DNA of 64,000 nt from Gemmatimonadota bacterium (GTDB taxonomy: Bacteria; Gemmatimonadota; Gemmatimonadetes; Palauibacterales; KS3-K002). The position numbers and the translations under genes are program-made. Under the pieces are notes generated by a model. That model was given only the letters and a program-made list of their open reading frames with translations. It was not told the DNA's origin and made no database searches. Positions within the stretch are counted from its first letter, which is position 1. Each line of letters opens with the position of its first letter. The stretch is from the NCBI GenBank assembly GCA_039589115.1, contig JBDHHZ010000001.1:9283-73282 (forward strand). The letters run 5' to 3'. Below are positions 19,514-28,770 of the stretch, piece by piece.

Positions 19514-20449
19514 TCAGCCCAGGAAGCTCTCTAGCGAGCGGGCCCGGGAGACATGCCTGAGGCGGGCCAGCGCGCGCTCCTTGATCTGGCGGACGCGCTC
19601 CCGGGTGACCCCCAGCTGCTGGCCGATCTCCTCCAGGGTCAGGGACTCCTCGCCATCCAACCCGTAGTAGAGGCGCAGGATCCTGGCCTCCCTGGGCTTG
19701 AGGGTCTGGAGCGCCGCCTCGACGTTGATCTTGAGCGCCTTTTCGAAGGCCTCCTGCTCGGGCCCCGGCCGGACGTCGTCGGGCAGGTAGTCGAGCAGCT
19801 TGTTGTCCTCGCCGGGGACGAGAGGCGCATCGAGGGACAGGTGGGCCATGGCGATGGACATGGTTTTGTAGAGTTCGTCCGGGTTGACCTCCAGCCCCTC
19901 GGCCAGTTCGCCCACCGTCGGCTCTCGCCCCAATTCCTGGACGAGGGCGCTCGATCGCTTGCCGATCCGGTGCAGCTCGCCCGCCCGGTTGAGCGGCACG
20001 CGCACGATCCGCGACTGCTCCGCCAGCGCCTGCAGGATCGCCTGGCGAATCCACCAGACGGCGTAGCTGATGAACTTGACGCCGCGTGTCTCGTCGAACT
20101 TCTCCGCGGCGCGTATCAATCCCAGGTTGCCCTCGTTGATCAGGTCGGCGAGCGCAACGCCCTGGTTCTGGTATTTCTTGGCGATCGAAACGACGAAACG
20201 CAGGTTGGAGTTGACCAGCTTCTCCAGCGCCACCCTGTCGCCGCGGCGGATCTTGCGGGCGAGCACGCCTTCCTCATCGCGATCGATGAGCGAGTAGGCG
20301 CTGATCTCCCTCAGATACTGGTCGAGAGAGCCCGGCGGCGTGGCGGCGCGATGGGTCGGCTCGAACGCCGGCGAGAATCGAGCTCGCTCGTCGCGCCGAT
20401 CTTCCGAGTTGCCGCCTTCAGGTTTGTGCTGTTGCCCTTCTCGACTCAA
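19514..20449 (-). CDS. RNA polymerase sigma factor, sigma-70 (RpoD/SigA-like) family
   Basis: Region 2 (NLRFVVSIAKKY, YAVWWIRQAI), region 3 and region 4 (EEIGQQLGVTRERVRQIKERAL). At 311 aa it lacks a long region 1.1. Confidence 0.85.
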   Translation of the reverse strand: MSREGQQHKPEGGNSEDRRDERARFSPAFEPTHRAATPPGSLDQYLREISAYSLIDRDEEGVLARKIRRGDRVALEKLVNSNLRFVVSIAKKYQNQGVALADLINEGNLGLIRAAEKFDETRGVKFISYAVWWIRQAILQALAEQSRIVRVPLNRAGELHRIGKRSSALVQELGREPTVGELAEGLEVNPDELYKTMSIAMAHLSLDAPLVPGEDNKLLDYLPDDVRPGPEQEAFEKALKINVEAALQTLKPREARILRLYYGLDGEESLTLEEIGQQLGVTRERVRQIKERALARLRHVSRARSLESFLG

Positions 20450-20478
20450 TCGCGCAACTCCGCTGCCGGTCTAGGACT

Positions 20479-20829
20479 CAGCCAAAGACAAGCCAAGGGA
20501 TGATTGTACAACGGTCGGGTCTTACGGACCAGGTTACCAAGCCTCGATGAACAAAGCCCCAATGGCGGGAGTCTCGCGAGTTATCGCGATCGTCGCCCAA
20601 GACGTAGCAACTATCTTCCGGGACGACTATGGGACCTCAATTGTCACGTGTCGGCCGATAAGTCGTGGCATCGACTTCCGGCGCCAGGTACGCCCGCTGA
20701 CACTTGAACTGCGCGTCGTAGTAATCCCGGCCCGGGAATATGTTCTGCACGTACGCCTCTTCGTGGCGCACATCATTCACATACAACTTACCGCCCCGCA
20801 TCGCAACTCGGGGGCGGCTCCGATCGGAT
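20479..20829 (-). pseudogene. degenerate tandem copy of the lepB 3' half, interrupted by an in-frame TGA
   Basis: Directly after the lepB stop, the minus strand encodes ...MRGGKLYVNDVRHEEAYVQNIFPGRDYYDAQF..PEVDATTYRPTRDN*GPIVVPEDSCYVLGDDRDNSRDSRHWGFV. This parallels lepB MRHGELYLNGERQTESYVQ...YRPTRDDWGPILVPVDSYFVMGDNRDNSQDSRYWGFV with TGG replaced by TGA. There is no N-terminal catalytic part. Confidence 0.6.
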
Positions 20830-21603
20830 CTAGCGTACGAGGTTACCTACCCGGCCCCATCGCACTTCGGTAAGCCAGGGAAGCGGCCGGAGCTTGCTGC
20901 GATCGAACGAGTAGTAGATGAAAAGGGGTCGACCTTTGATCAGGCCCCGGTCGACGAAGCCCCAGTATCGCGAATCCTGCGAGTTATCCCGGTTGTCGCC
21001 CATCACGAAGTAGCTGTCCACCGGCACGAGGATGGGGCCCCAATCGTCACGCGTTGGACGATAAGTGTCCTCATTCACCTCCGGCGCCAGGTGCTTCCGC
21101 TGCCACTCGAACTGCGGATCGTAGTAGTCGCCGGCCGGCTGCGTGTGCTGAACGTAGCTCTCCGTCTGGCGCTCACCGTTCAAATACAGCTCGCCGTGGC
21201 GCATGCTGACCCGGTCACCGGGCAGGCCGACGACCCGCTTCACGTAGTTCTTCGATGGGTCGATCGGGTATTGGAACACGACCACATCGGCCCGTTCCGG
21301 GCTATCGAAGGCGGGGAGTCGGATAGCGGTGAACGGCACCTGAGCGCCGTAGACAGCCTTGTTGACCAACAGAAAATCCCCGACCAGCAGGGTCCTCTCC
21401 ATCGAACCGGTGGGGATCTTGAAAGCCTCTACGGCAAAAGTCCGAATGACGAGGAACAGCAGGATCGCTACCGATATCGACTTGACCCACTCCCAGAGCC
21501 AGCGGCCCGTGCTCGCGGGCTCGGACCGGCGCTTCCCTTCCTCCGGCTGCTGTTCCTTCGCACCCTGTGGTTTCTTCGCGTGGTCTCGCTTCTTCGCCAT
21601 CAC
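20830..21603 (-). CDS. lepB: signal peptidase I
   Basis: Transmembrane anchor, catalytic serine box (KIPTGSMERTL), lysine region (VKRVVGLPGDRV) and the GDNRDNSQDSRYWG box. Confidence 0.9.
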   Translation of the reverse strand: MMAKKRDHAKKPQGAKEQQPEEGKRRSEPASTGRWLWEWVKSISVAILLFLVIRTFAVEAFKIPTGSMERTLLVGDFLLVNKAVYGAQVPFTAIRLPAFDSPERADVVVFQYPIDPSKNYVKRVVGLPGDRVSMRHGELYLNGERQTESYVQHTQPAGDYYDPQFEWQRKHLAPEVNEDTYRPTRDDWGPILVPVDSYFVMGDNRDNSQDSRYWGFVDRGLIKGRPLFIYYSFDRSKLRPLPWLTEVRWGRVGNLVR

Positions 21604-21770
21604 TTACCTTCCCGATCGCCGTGCCCGGCCCGCAACGAGACGGGTCCGTCAGCGCTTCTGTCTATCTACAACTAAAGACGCGCCAGGGTCCCCGAAAGAT
21701 TCGCCGGGTCCCGGCGGCGCGTTTCACCAATCGTTGAAGTTAGCATACCGAGGCGCGACATCAAATGGGG

Positions 21771-22430
21771 CTACCGTTCATCCCCGGCGGCGCTGCGCAG
21801 GAATACCTCATCGCCACGCACACCTACGTCTGTCACGAACCGAGGCAACTCGAACGGCACTGCGTTTGTCGGCAGGTCGCCAGCGGGTCCGCCTCTCAGT
21901 TGCTCCAGCAACTCATCGCGCATGGCATCGGGCAAAGGCAACGCGCCGACCTGGACATCGTCAACGTAGTAAACGCCCGCGCCCGGTCGCAGACCGTCCA
22001 GCCGTCCCCTGACCGTCACTTTGGCTGTGTCGCCGAGCAGCGAGGCCCAGGGGCCCAGGCCCTCGATGCCCGGCAAACCCTTGACGGCCACCCGGCCATC
22101 GAGCTGGAGTCTATCCTCCTCGATCGTCGCCGCCACGCCGGAGATGTACTCTGGGAAGAAACCTCTCAATCCATGCTCGATCCAGCTATTCAGCTCATCG
22201 GCATCGAACGTGGCCTCCTCGATCTCGCCTTGACCCAGTGCGACGACCTTTTCCTCGGCGCGCCTGGCGAGCTCGGGGCCGGGGCTCGCGGCCGCCTCGA
22301 CGACCGGCTCCTCGCGGGCGCCGAACTTACGCGCGTAGTCGGCGATGTCTTCCCGGGCGAACCAGCCGACCACGAGCCCGGCCACCAGCAACGTCCCGCA
22401 ACCGACCGCCTTCAAACACCCACGCATCAT
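21771..22430 (-). CDS. hypothetical membrane-anchored protein
   Basis: 219-aa ORF with one N-terminal transmembrane helix and no recognisable domain; co-oriented between thpR and lepB. Confidence 0.45.
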   Translation of the reverse strand: MMRGCLKAVGCGTLLVAGLVVGWFAREDIADYARKFGAREEPVVEAAASPGPELARRAEEKVVALGQGEIEEATFDADELNSWIEHGLRGFFPEYISGVAATIEEDRLQLDGRVAVKGLPGIEGLGPWASLLGDTAKVTVRGRLDGLRPGAGVYYVDDVQVGALPLPDAMRDELLEQLRGGPAGDLPTNAVPFELPRFVTDVGVRGDEVFLRSAAGDER

Positions 22431-22443
22431 GCTCAGTTCTCTC

Positions 22444-23004
22444 TCAAGTGTTCAGCTCGAAGCTGTGAAGAACATCGTAAAGCGCGCCACTCGGCATCAG
22501 CCTGCTCCTCATGATGTCGACGGCACGGATCTGATAACAGTCAGCGTAGGACGTCCCGTTCACCAGCTCGTCGAAGCCCCGGAACTCGCCGGGCGACGCA
22601 CGCTTCTGCGCCCGGCCCACCGTAAGATGCGGGCGGAACGGCCGATCCTCGCGCGAGAAGCCAACCGACTCGGCCGCCGCCTCCACCGCCTCCTGCAGGG
22701 CGCGGAGCGGTGAGCCGAGCTCGATCCCGACCCAGACCACGCTCGGCCGGCGCAGTGACGGGAAAGCACCGAACCCGCCGACTTTCATCTCGAACGCAGC
22801 GCTTCCGGCCACCGCCTCACCCACTGCGGCCGCCAACTCGGGAACGATCTCTTCACCTAGCTCGCCCAGGAATTTCAGGGTGAGGTGTACGTTCTCCGGT
22901 GGCAGCCAACGGACCGGAAACGCCGCCTCGCGCAGCGGTCGGGCCGCCGCCGCCAGCCGCGCCCGCTCCTCTTGCGTCAAATTGAGCGCCACGAAGACTC
23001 GCAT
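22444..23004 (-). CDS. thpR: RNA 2',3'-cyclic phosphodiesterase (2H family, LigT/ThpR)
   Basis: Two HxTxK-type motifs: HLTLKF and HLTVGR. Confidence 0.8.
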   Translation of the reverse strand: MRVFVALNLTQEERARLAAAARPLREAAFPVRWLPPENVHLTLKFLGELGEEIVPELAAAVGEAVAGSAAFEMKVGGFGAFPSLRRPSVVWVGIELGSPLRALQEAVEAAAESVGFSREDRPFRPHLTVGRAQKRASPGEFRGFDELVNGTSYADCYQIRAVDIMRSRLMPSGALYDVLHSFELNT

Positions 23005-23007
23005 CGA

Positions 23008-24066
23008 CTACTGTAGCTCCACGGTCACGAAACGGAAGCCCGCCGCCCGGCAGCCGTCGATGACAACGGTCCGCAGCTCCGCGAGGAGCGGAGCGAACGA
23101 GTCATGCCCGGGCCGAATCACGGCGACCTCGCCTTCGCTGCCAGCGGCCTCGACCGTGACTCGAATCCCCGTAGCGGCCAGCCGGCGCTCCGCTTCGGCG
23201 CTTCCGGTGCCGTCTCCGCTCGCGCTCGGGGAATCACCCGCCGAATGCGCCTCGTTCAGCGCGCCGCGCCGGTATCCCTCGAGGTCGAGACAGGCACGTT
23301 CGAACCCCGCTTCTCTCAGGGCTCGAACCGTCTCATCCCTCAGAGACCGCGACGCCAAAACCCCCAGGCCATCGCCGGCGATCTCGAGACGCGCCAGGTC
23401 GCCGTGATGCCGCACCCGCAGATCGTGCCATGGATGCAGCCCGCGGATACGGGACTCCGCAACCTCGATCTGGCTCAGCCGGCGCGGCGTGACCTGAATG
23501 CCGTAGCGAATGCGGCTGGCAAGGCAGGGTGAGGCCGGGATCTCCCAAGTCGGCAGGCCGGCACGCCGGGACAGCGACCGGATCTCTTCTTTGGTCAGGC
23601 CTACCTCCTGAAGCGGCGAGCGAACGCCCAGTTCCCGGGCAGCGATCAAGCCGGGGCGGTGGTCGTCCAGATCGTCGGCGTTGGAACCATCGAGGACAAC
23701 TGCGAAGCCGCGTTCCTCCGCAAGCGCGACGAGCCGACCGTAAAGCTCCGCCTTACAGAAATAGCAGCGGTCCTTCGGGTTGGCAGCGTAGTTCGGATCC
23801 TCCAACTCGTACGTCTCTATCTCGAGATGCGGCAGCCCGATCGATTCCGCGACCTTTACCGCCATCTCCTGCTGGACAGCCGGGTAGGCGGGCGAGCGGC
23901 CGGTCACCGCCAGAACGCCATCCGCACCCAGAGCGTCGAGCGCCACCATCGCCAGGTAAGCCGAGTCGACTCCGCCGCTGTAGCCGATGATGGCGGAGCC
24001 GCAGGCGCGCAGGGTCTCGCGTAACTCCTGCTCTTTGCGTTCCAGTTCGCTTTTCGCGTGACCCAT
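23008..24066 (-). CDS. PP-loop ATPase, LarE-like sulfur transferase family (COG1606)
   Basis: SGGVDSAYLA PP-loop plus a CYFCK motif. I moved the start to the ATG at 24066 (MGHAKSELE); the longer N-terminus is translated from a repeat element. Confidence 0.65.
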   Translation of the reverse strand: MGHAKSELERKEQELRETLRACGSAIIGYSGGVDSAYLAMVALDALGADGVLAVTGRSPAYPAVQQEMAVKVAESIGLPHLEIETYELEDPNYAANPKDRCYFCKAELYGRLVALAEERGFAVVLDGSNADDLDDHRPGLIAARELGVRSPLQEVGLTKEEIRSLSRRAGLPTWEIPASPCLASRIRYGIQVTPRRLSQIEVAESRIRGLHPWHDLRVRHHGDLARLEIAGDGLGVLASRSLRDETVRALREAGFERACLDLEGYRRGALNEAHSAGDSPSASGDGTGSAEAERRLAATGIRVTVEAAGSEGEVAVIRPGHDSFAPLLAELRTVVIDGCRAAGFRFVTVELQ

Positions 24067-24072
24067 TTCGAC

Positions 24073-24157
24073 CAGTATGCGGTGTGCGGTATGCAGTGTG
24101 CGGTGACCAGCTGACCGGTTGTCAGTTACCTCATACTGCATACGGCAGACCGCATGC
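24073..24157. repeat. imperfect palindrome built from tandem heptamers (GTRTGCR)n / (YGCAYAC)n, copy A
   Basis: CAGTATGCGGTGTGCGGTATGCAGTGTGCGGTGACC ... TCATACTGCATACGGCAGACCGCATGC, intergenic. Confidence 0.8.
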
Positions 24158-24283
24158 CGATGTCAAGCTGAGTTGCGGTTCCGAAGGAGCCCCACCTCAC
24201 GTCGTCGTCTCGTCATCGCCCGCGCCCGCGTCCGCGACTACAATTGGAATCGCGGGCGATGACGCGACGATGACGCCGACGAG

Positions 24284-24357
24284 TACCGCGTGCGGTATGC
24301 GGTGACAGATGGCCAGTTGTCAGCTACCGCATACTGCATACTGCAAACCGCACACCG
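24284..24357. repeat. heptamer palindrome, copy B
   Basis: TACCGCGTGCGGTATGCGGTGACAG ... CAGCTACCGCATACTGCATACTGCAAACCGCACACCG, ending 3 nt before the comM stop. Confidence 0.8.
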
Positions 24358-24360
24358 TTG

Positions 24361-25890
24361 TCACGGACTCCGATCCAGTCCGCGGTACTGAATGGCTTCC
24401 GCCATATGGGCCGATCGGATGATCTCGCACCCCTCGAGGTCGGCGATGGTGCGGGCGATCTTGAGCACTCGGTGGAATGAGCGAGCCGACAAGTTGAAGC
24501 GGCCCATAGCGGCTCGCAGGAGTGACATTCCGGTATCGTCAGCGCGGCAGAACATGCGGACCTCACGCGCTCCCATCTGGCCGTTCGCATACAGATGCAC
24601 CCGGTCCTTGAAGCGGGCCAGCTGAGTCCGTCTGGCCCCCTGCACACGTTCCGACACGGCCATCGAGCCCTCCGCCTCCACGGTGTCCAGCAGGTCGGGA
24701 CAGGAGACCGGGGGCACCTCTATGTGCAGGTCGATGCGGTCGAGCAGCGGCCCTGAGATTCTGGCTCGATAGCGGCGGATGAGCGTGGGCGTACATCGGC
24801 ACTTCCTGCGACCGTCGCCTAGGTGCCCGCAAGGGCACGGGTTCATCGCCGCCGCGAGCACGAAGCTGGCCGGATAGGAGAGCGAGCGCGCCGCCCGTCC
24901 GATCGTCACCTGGCCGTCCTCCAGCGGCTGGCGGAGCACCTCGAGCACGTTACGGCGGAACTCGGTCAGCTCATCCAGGAAGAGCACGCCACGGTGGGCC
25001 AGCGACGCCTCGCCGGGTCTCGGAACGGCGCCGCCTCCTACCAGTCCCGCATCGCTGATCGTGTGGTGCGGCGCGCGGAAGGGCCGCTCGGTGATCAGCC
25101 CACGTTCTGGCGGCAGCTGCCCAGCCACCGAGTGTACGCGGGTCACCTCGATGGCCTCTTCGATGCTGAGCTGCGGCAATATCGTCGGGAAGCGACGGGC
25201 GAGCATGGTTTTGCCGCCGCCGGGAGGGCCAATCATCAGAATGTTATGGCCGCCTGCCGCCGCGATCTCCAGGGCGCGCTTGGCGTGCTCCTGTCCCCGC
25301 ACATCGCTCAGGTCGACGCTCGAGCCGGGCCGCCGCCGCAGCAACGCGCCGCGGTCGAACCGCAGGCCGGCTAACTCAGATTCACCCCGCAGGAAGCTGG
25401 TCACCTCGGCCAACGACGATGCGCCACGCGCATCGAGTCCCTCGACGACGGAGGCTTCCGCCAGGTTGGCCGTGGGAACGATGAAGCCATGAAGCCCGGC
25501 GCGCCGCACCGCCTGCGCCATCGACAGAGCGCCACGGATCGGCCGCAGCGCGCCGTCCAGCCCCAATTCACCCGCCATCGCATAGCGTTCCAGCGGGTCG
25601 ACCGAGAGCTGAGAGGTGGCAGCCAACAGGCCGCACGCGATGGGCAGATCGAAGTGGCTGCCCTCTTTCTTGATGTCCGCCGGCGCCAGGTTGATCGTGA
25701 TCTTCCTGGGCGGGACCTCGAACCCCGAGTTCTGGACCGCCGACAGGACCCGCTCTTTGCCCTCTTTGACCGCGCTCTGCGCCAGCCCCACCGTCGCCAT
25801 CGCCGGCAACCCGGCCGAGGCGTCCACCTCGACTACGACGATATAGGCGTCGATACCCAGTATTCCCGCCGTCCGACAGCATGCCAGCAT
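24361..25890 (-). CDS. comM: YifB/ComM-family Mg-chelatase-like AAA+ ATPase
   Basis: ATG at 25890 (MLACCRTAGILGIDAYIVVVEVD), Walker A (GPPGGGKTMLARR) and a C-terminal Mg-chelatase ChlI-like region. The 67-aa N-terminal extension of the long ORF is translated from a palindromic repeat. Confidence 0.85.
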   Translation of the reverse strand: MLACCRTAGILGIDAYIVVVEVDASAGLPAMATVGLAQSAVKEGKERVLSAVQNSGFEVPPRKITINLAPADIKKEGSHFDLPIACGLLAATSQLSVDPLERYAMAGELGLDGALRPIRGALSMAQAVRRAGLHGFIVPTANLAEASVVEGLDARGASSLAEVTSFLRGESELAGLRFDRGALLRRRPGSSVDLSDVRGQEHAKRALEIAAAGGHNILMIGPPGGGKTMLARRFPTILPQLSIEEAIEVTRVHSVAGQLPPERGLITERPFRAPHHTISDAGLVGGGAVPRPGEASLAHRGVLFLDELTEFRRNVLEVLRQPLEDGQVTIGRAARSLSYPASFVLAAAMNPCPCGHLGDGRRKCRCTPTLIRRYRARISGPLLDRIDLHIEVPPVSCPDLLDTVEAEGSMAVSERVQGARRTQLARFKDRVHLYANGQMGAREVRMFCRADDTGMSLLRAAMGRFNLSARSFHRVLKIARTIADLEGCEIIRSAHMAEAIQYRGLDRSP

Positions 25891-25971
25891 GTCCCTGACC
25901 TCCCGCAGGCAACCGACCGGACTGTCGCGGGTCGGGATCAACGGAGAATCAACAACGCTTCGCGGAGTTGG

Positions 25972-26148
25972 GGAGCTAGCAGGGAGGTAGGGAGCGCTAA
26001 TTGAGTGAGGGAGCAACTCAGCAAGGGAGACTGCGAGTTTGGAGGTGACGGACCTCCAATGTATCACCTCGCACCTCGAAGTCTCCCTCACTCCTCTGCT
26101 CCCTCACTCTACTAACGCTCCCTACCTCCCATGCTCCCCTCCGCACCG
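25972..26148. repeat. ~177-bp G-rich imperfect inverted repeat (GGGAGGTAGGGAGCG... arms) in the divergent comM/creatininase intergenic region
   Basis: Left arm GGGGAGCTAGCAGGGAGGTAGGGAGCGCTAATTGAGTGAGGGAGCAACTCAGCAAGGGAGACTGCGAG pairs with the reverse complement of the right arm ...CTCGAAGTCTCCCTCACTCCTCTGCTCCCTCACTCTACTAACGCTCCCTACCTCCCATGCTCCCCTCC. Centre is GGAGGTGACGGACCTCC. Confidence 0.8.
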
Positions 26149-26226
26149 GCCTTGACGCCGACCCTGTGGTCGCACAACGTCCCGGAGCCCCAATCACCGG
26201 AACCTCAGACGGGAGACTTCGACCGG

Positions 26227-26970
26227 GTGGCTGGTTCGACCAGACCCAAGACGCCGCGTCCGCTGCTGCTGGCGGACATGTCGTGGCCAGAGGTCGCAGA
26301 GCATCTGGAGCGGGACCGCCGGCTGATCATCCCCATCGGGACCTGCGAGCAGCACGGCCGACACCTCCCGCTCGGGACCGATTCCCTGCTCGCCGAACGG
26401 CTCGCCAACGACCTGTCGGAGGAGTTCGGCGTGCTCGTCGCCCCTACCCTGGCCTACGGCGTGAACGTCGACACCGAGCAGGCCTACGCCGGCACCGCCT
26501 CGCTGAGGCGGAAGACGCTGCACCGGGCGCTGAACGACCTGCTGGCCGCCTGGGAGGGCCACGGGTTCGAGGAGTTCATCCTGATCACGGCACACTTCCA
26601 CGACCCGCACCTCGACGCGGTAACCACCGTGGTGACGGAGCATGCCCGGGCACGAGTCGTCGACCTGCAGAGCGTGCGAATCGGGGAGTTCCTCGAAAAG
26701 CAGCTCCAGCCGGAGCACGCCGGCGAGGCCGAGACCTCGGTGATGTTGTACCTGTACCCGGACCTGGTTCGCGTCGACGACATCGAGGACTACCCGCTCG
26801 ACCCGAAACAGCTGCGGCGTTACCTTCGAGGCCGAATGCCACGTCCACCAGAAGGCTGCAAAGGTGCGATTGGACACCCATCGGCGGCCACTGCCGAGAA
26901 AGGTGAGAAGATCTACAAGTATGTCCTCGAGAAGATCAGGACGAAGATCTTTGATGAGCCCGAGGATTAG
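26227..26970 (+). CDS. creatininase-family amidohydrolase
   Basis: The LADMSWPEVAEHL...IIPIGTCEQHGRHLPLGTD motifs match the creatinine amidohydrolase family. Start is uncertain: a GTG at 26227 or an ATG at 26278. The ORF-track start at 26131 lies inside the palindrome. Confidence 0.7.
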   Translation: MAGSTRPKTPRPLLLADMSWPEVAEHLERDRRLIIPIGTCEQHGRHLPLGTDSLLAERLANDLSEEFGVLVAPTLAYGVNVDTEQAYAGTASLRRKTLHRALNDLLAAWEGHGFEEFILITAHFHDPHLDAVTTVVTEHARARVVDLQSVRIGEFLEKQLQPEHAGEAETSVMLYLYPDLVRVDDIEDYPLDPKQLRRYLRGRMPRPPEGCKGAIGHPSAATAEKGEKIYKYVLEKIRTKIFDEPED

Positions 26971-26977
26971 CCGGACG

Positions 26978-27676
26978 ATGTTAGCCTTCGTCGCCGGCGT
27001 TGCTTTGTCGCTCACGCTCGCCGCCGCGCCGCCGGCGAGCCCCGAGCTTCTCGACAACGGCACCTTCACGCTCTACATCAACGGAGCGCGGATCGGGGAG
27101 GAGCGCTTCCTCATCCGCAGGGAGCGCGCCGGTTCCGCAGGCGCGGTGTACCGGGCGGGCGCGGAGCTCAACCTGAAGCTGGACGGGCGAACGATGCGGG
27201 TCAGCGTTGGATTGGAAGCGCTGGGTCCGCAGTGTCGCCCGGTACGATATGCGGCGCAGATCAACGGCTCGGAGGCGACGACCATCGTCGGCATGCTGAT
27301 CCGCGACCGGATCAGGCTGGACATCAGATCTCCCCGCGGAGATGAGATGAAGGAGTTCCTGGTACGAGGTAAGCTGGCGGTCTTCGACAGGTACATAGCG
27401 CACCAGTACTTCTTCGCGTCGATGCTATTGGGGAACGAGGTCACGACCGAGGCCAGCGTTCTCGTACCACAGGACGGAAACCAAGAAGCCGTCACCATCG
27501 TAGATCGAGGTGAGGAGCCCGTGACCGTCGGTCAAGCCGAGCTCCAACTGCGCCACATAGAAATCGCAATGCAAGACGGTAGTACCCATCACGTATGGAT
27601 GGATGGTGTCAGGGTGATGAAGGTGGAAATCCCCGGGGTGCAGTTCCTCGCCATCCGTTCGGACACCGCAGACTAG
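26978..27676 (+). CDS. hypothetical secreted protein
   Basis: ATG at 26978 gives MLAFVAGVALSLTLAAAPPASP, a signal peptide; no recognisable domain. Confidence 0.5.
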   Translation: MLAFVAGVALSLTLAAAPPASPELLDNGTFTLYINGARIGEERFLIRRERAGSAGAVYRAGAELNLKLDGRTMRVSVGLEALGPQCRPVRYAAQINGSEATTIVGMLIRDRIRLDIRSPRGDEMKEFLVRGKLAVFDRYIAHQYFFASMLLGNEVTTEASVLVPQDGNQEAVTIVDRGEEPVTVGQAELQLRHIEIAMQDGSTHHVWMDGVRVMKVEIPGVQFLAIRSDTAD

Positions 27677-27701
27677 CCCGCAAAGCCAAGGGGGGAACCG
27701 C

Positions 27702-28421
27702 ATGAACGTAGAAGCTGGACCTGCCGAGAGCGTAAGTGCCGTTGGATCGACACCCAATCTGATTCAGCGAGTCATTCTGGTGTTCACATCGCCCGGCAAG
27801 CTGGGCGAAGCTATGCGCACCGCTTCACCCTGGTTCTGGACGCTGGCGATCGTTGCGATCATCAGTGCGATTCTGTTGATACTCGTCCCAGCCGATGTCT
27901 TCCGACAGACAATGGAAGCGCAGGCGGCGGGGCGCCAGCAGGCTCAGGGTCAGCCGGACCCCGAGACCATGCTGATGATCGCGCGCTACGGTGGCGCCGC
28001 GGCGGCGCTACTGGTGACCTTCATCGGTGCTTTCGTGGCCGCCGGAGCCCTCTACCTGGCCTTCAACGTCATGTTCGGACAGGACACGACATACAGGCAG
28101 CATCTGAGCGCCTACGCGCACGTCGCCTGGATTAGCTTGCTCGGCTTCATCGTCGTTCTGCCCATCTGGATTTCGAAGGGAGACATGACGACCCAGCTCG
28201 GCTTTGGGCTGCTGCTCGCCGACGCGCCCAGTTCGTTCGTCGGCCACCTGATGAACAGCATCAAGCTCTTCGGCCTCTGGGGCTCCGTCGCGCTCGGCGC
28301 CGTAGAAGCCGGCCTCTCAGGTGGCCGCATAACTCTGGGCAAGGGCATCGGAGTCGTCCTGGGGCTGTACTTCGTCTTGGCGCTGTTCTCGGCGGCCTTT
28401 CCGACACTGTTCGGCGGCTGA
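27702..28421 (+). CDS. Yip1-domain membrane protein
   Basis: Five predicted transmembrane helices after a soluble N-terminus, the Yip1-family layout. Confidence 0.55.
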   Translation: MNVEAGPAESVSAVGSTPNLIQRVILVFTSPGKLGEAMRTASPWFWTLAIVAIISAILLILVPADVFRQTMEAQAAGRQQAQGQPDPETMLMIARYGGAAAALLVTFIGAFVAAGALYLAFNVMFGQDTTYRQHLSAYAHVAWISLLGFIVVLPIWISKGDMTTQLGFGLLLADAPSSFVGHLMNSIKLFGLWGSVALGAVEAGLSGGRITLGKGIGVVLGLYFVLALFSAAFPTLFGG

Positions 28422-28456
28422 CGCCGTCCGCGCCTGGCAGTCTTAGCCACCCGATG

Positions 28457-28497
28457 AACAGCTGCCGGAGCAGCGGCTCCGGCAGCTGTTTCTTTCC
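28457..28497 (+). terminator. rho-independent terminator downstream of the Yip1 gene
   Basis: Perfect stem AACAGCTGCCGGAGC / GCTCCGGCAGCTGTT around an AGC loop, followed by TCTTTCC. Confidence 0.75.
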
Positions 28498-28770
28498 GCC
28501 GGCAGCCGCCGGAGGCTAGGCCGCAGGGGGTGGCCGTCGGCCTGCCAAATCGGCGAAACTCTTGACCTGAGCGCTCCGTACGGCTAAGCAAAGCGCTGCA
28601 GCCAGTTACTGCCGGCCCGGGATCTAGGGAGAGAACGCCGGCGCACGCCTGCGGCAGCGCCCCGACCGGTTTGGAGGTGCGATCGTGCCGCCCTCAGCGT
28701 TATGACGAATAAAGCTGTTTACTGTTGTGTATTCACTAATCGGAACCCACTCGCTAACTGGAGTTCGGTC

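Noticed and set aside
24084-24305. 73-aa ORF between heptamer-palindrome copies A and B
   Set aside because: It lies entirely in the intergenic space between two repeat elements, has no Shine-Dalgarno sequence or motifs, and is probably a chance ORF.
26131-26278. Upstream ~49-aa N-terminus of the creatininase ORF-track entry (start at 26131)
   Set aside because: That segment is translated from the right arm of the 177-bp palindrome and has no family conservation; I moved the start downstream (26227 or 26278).
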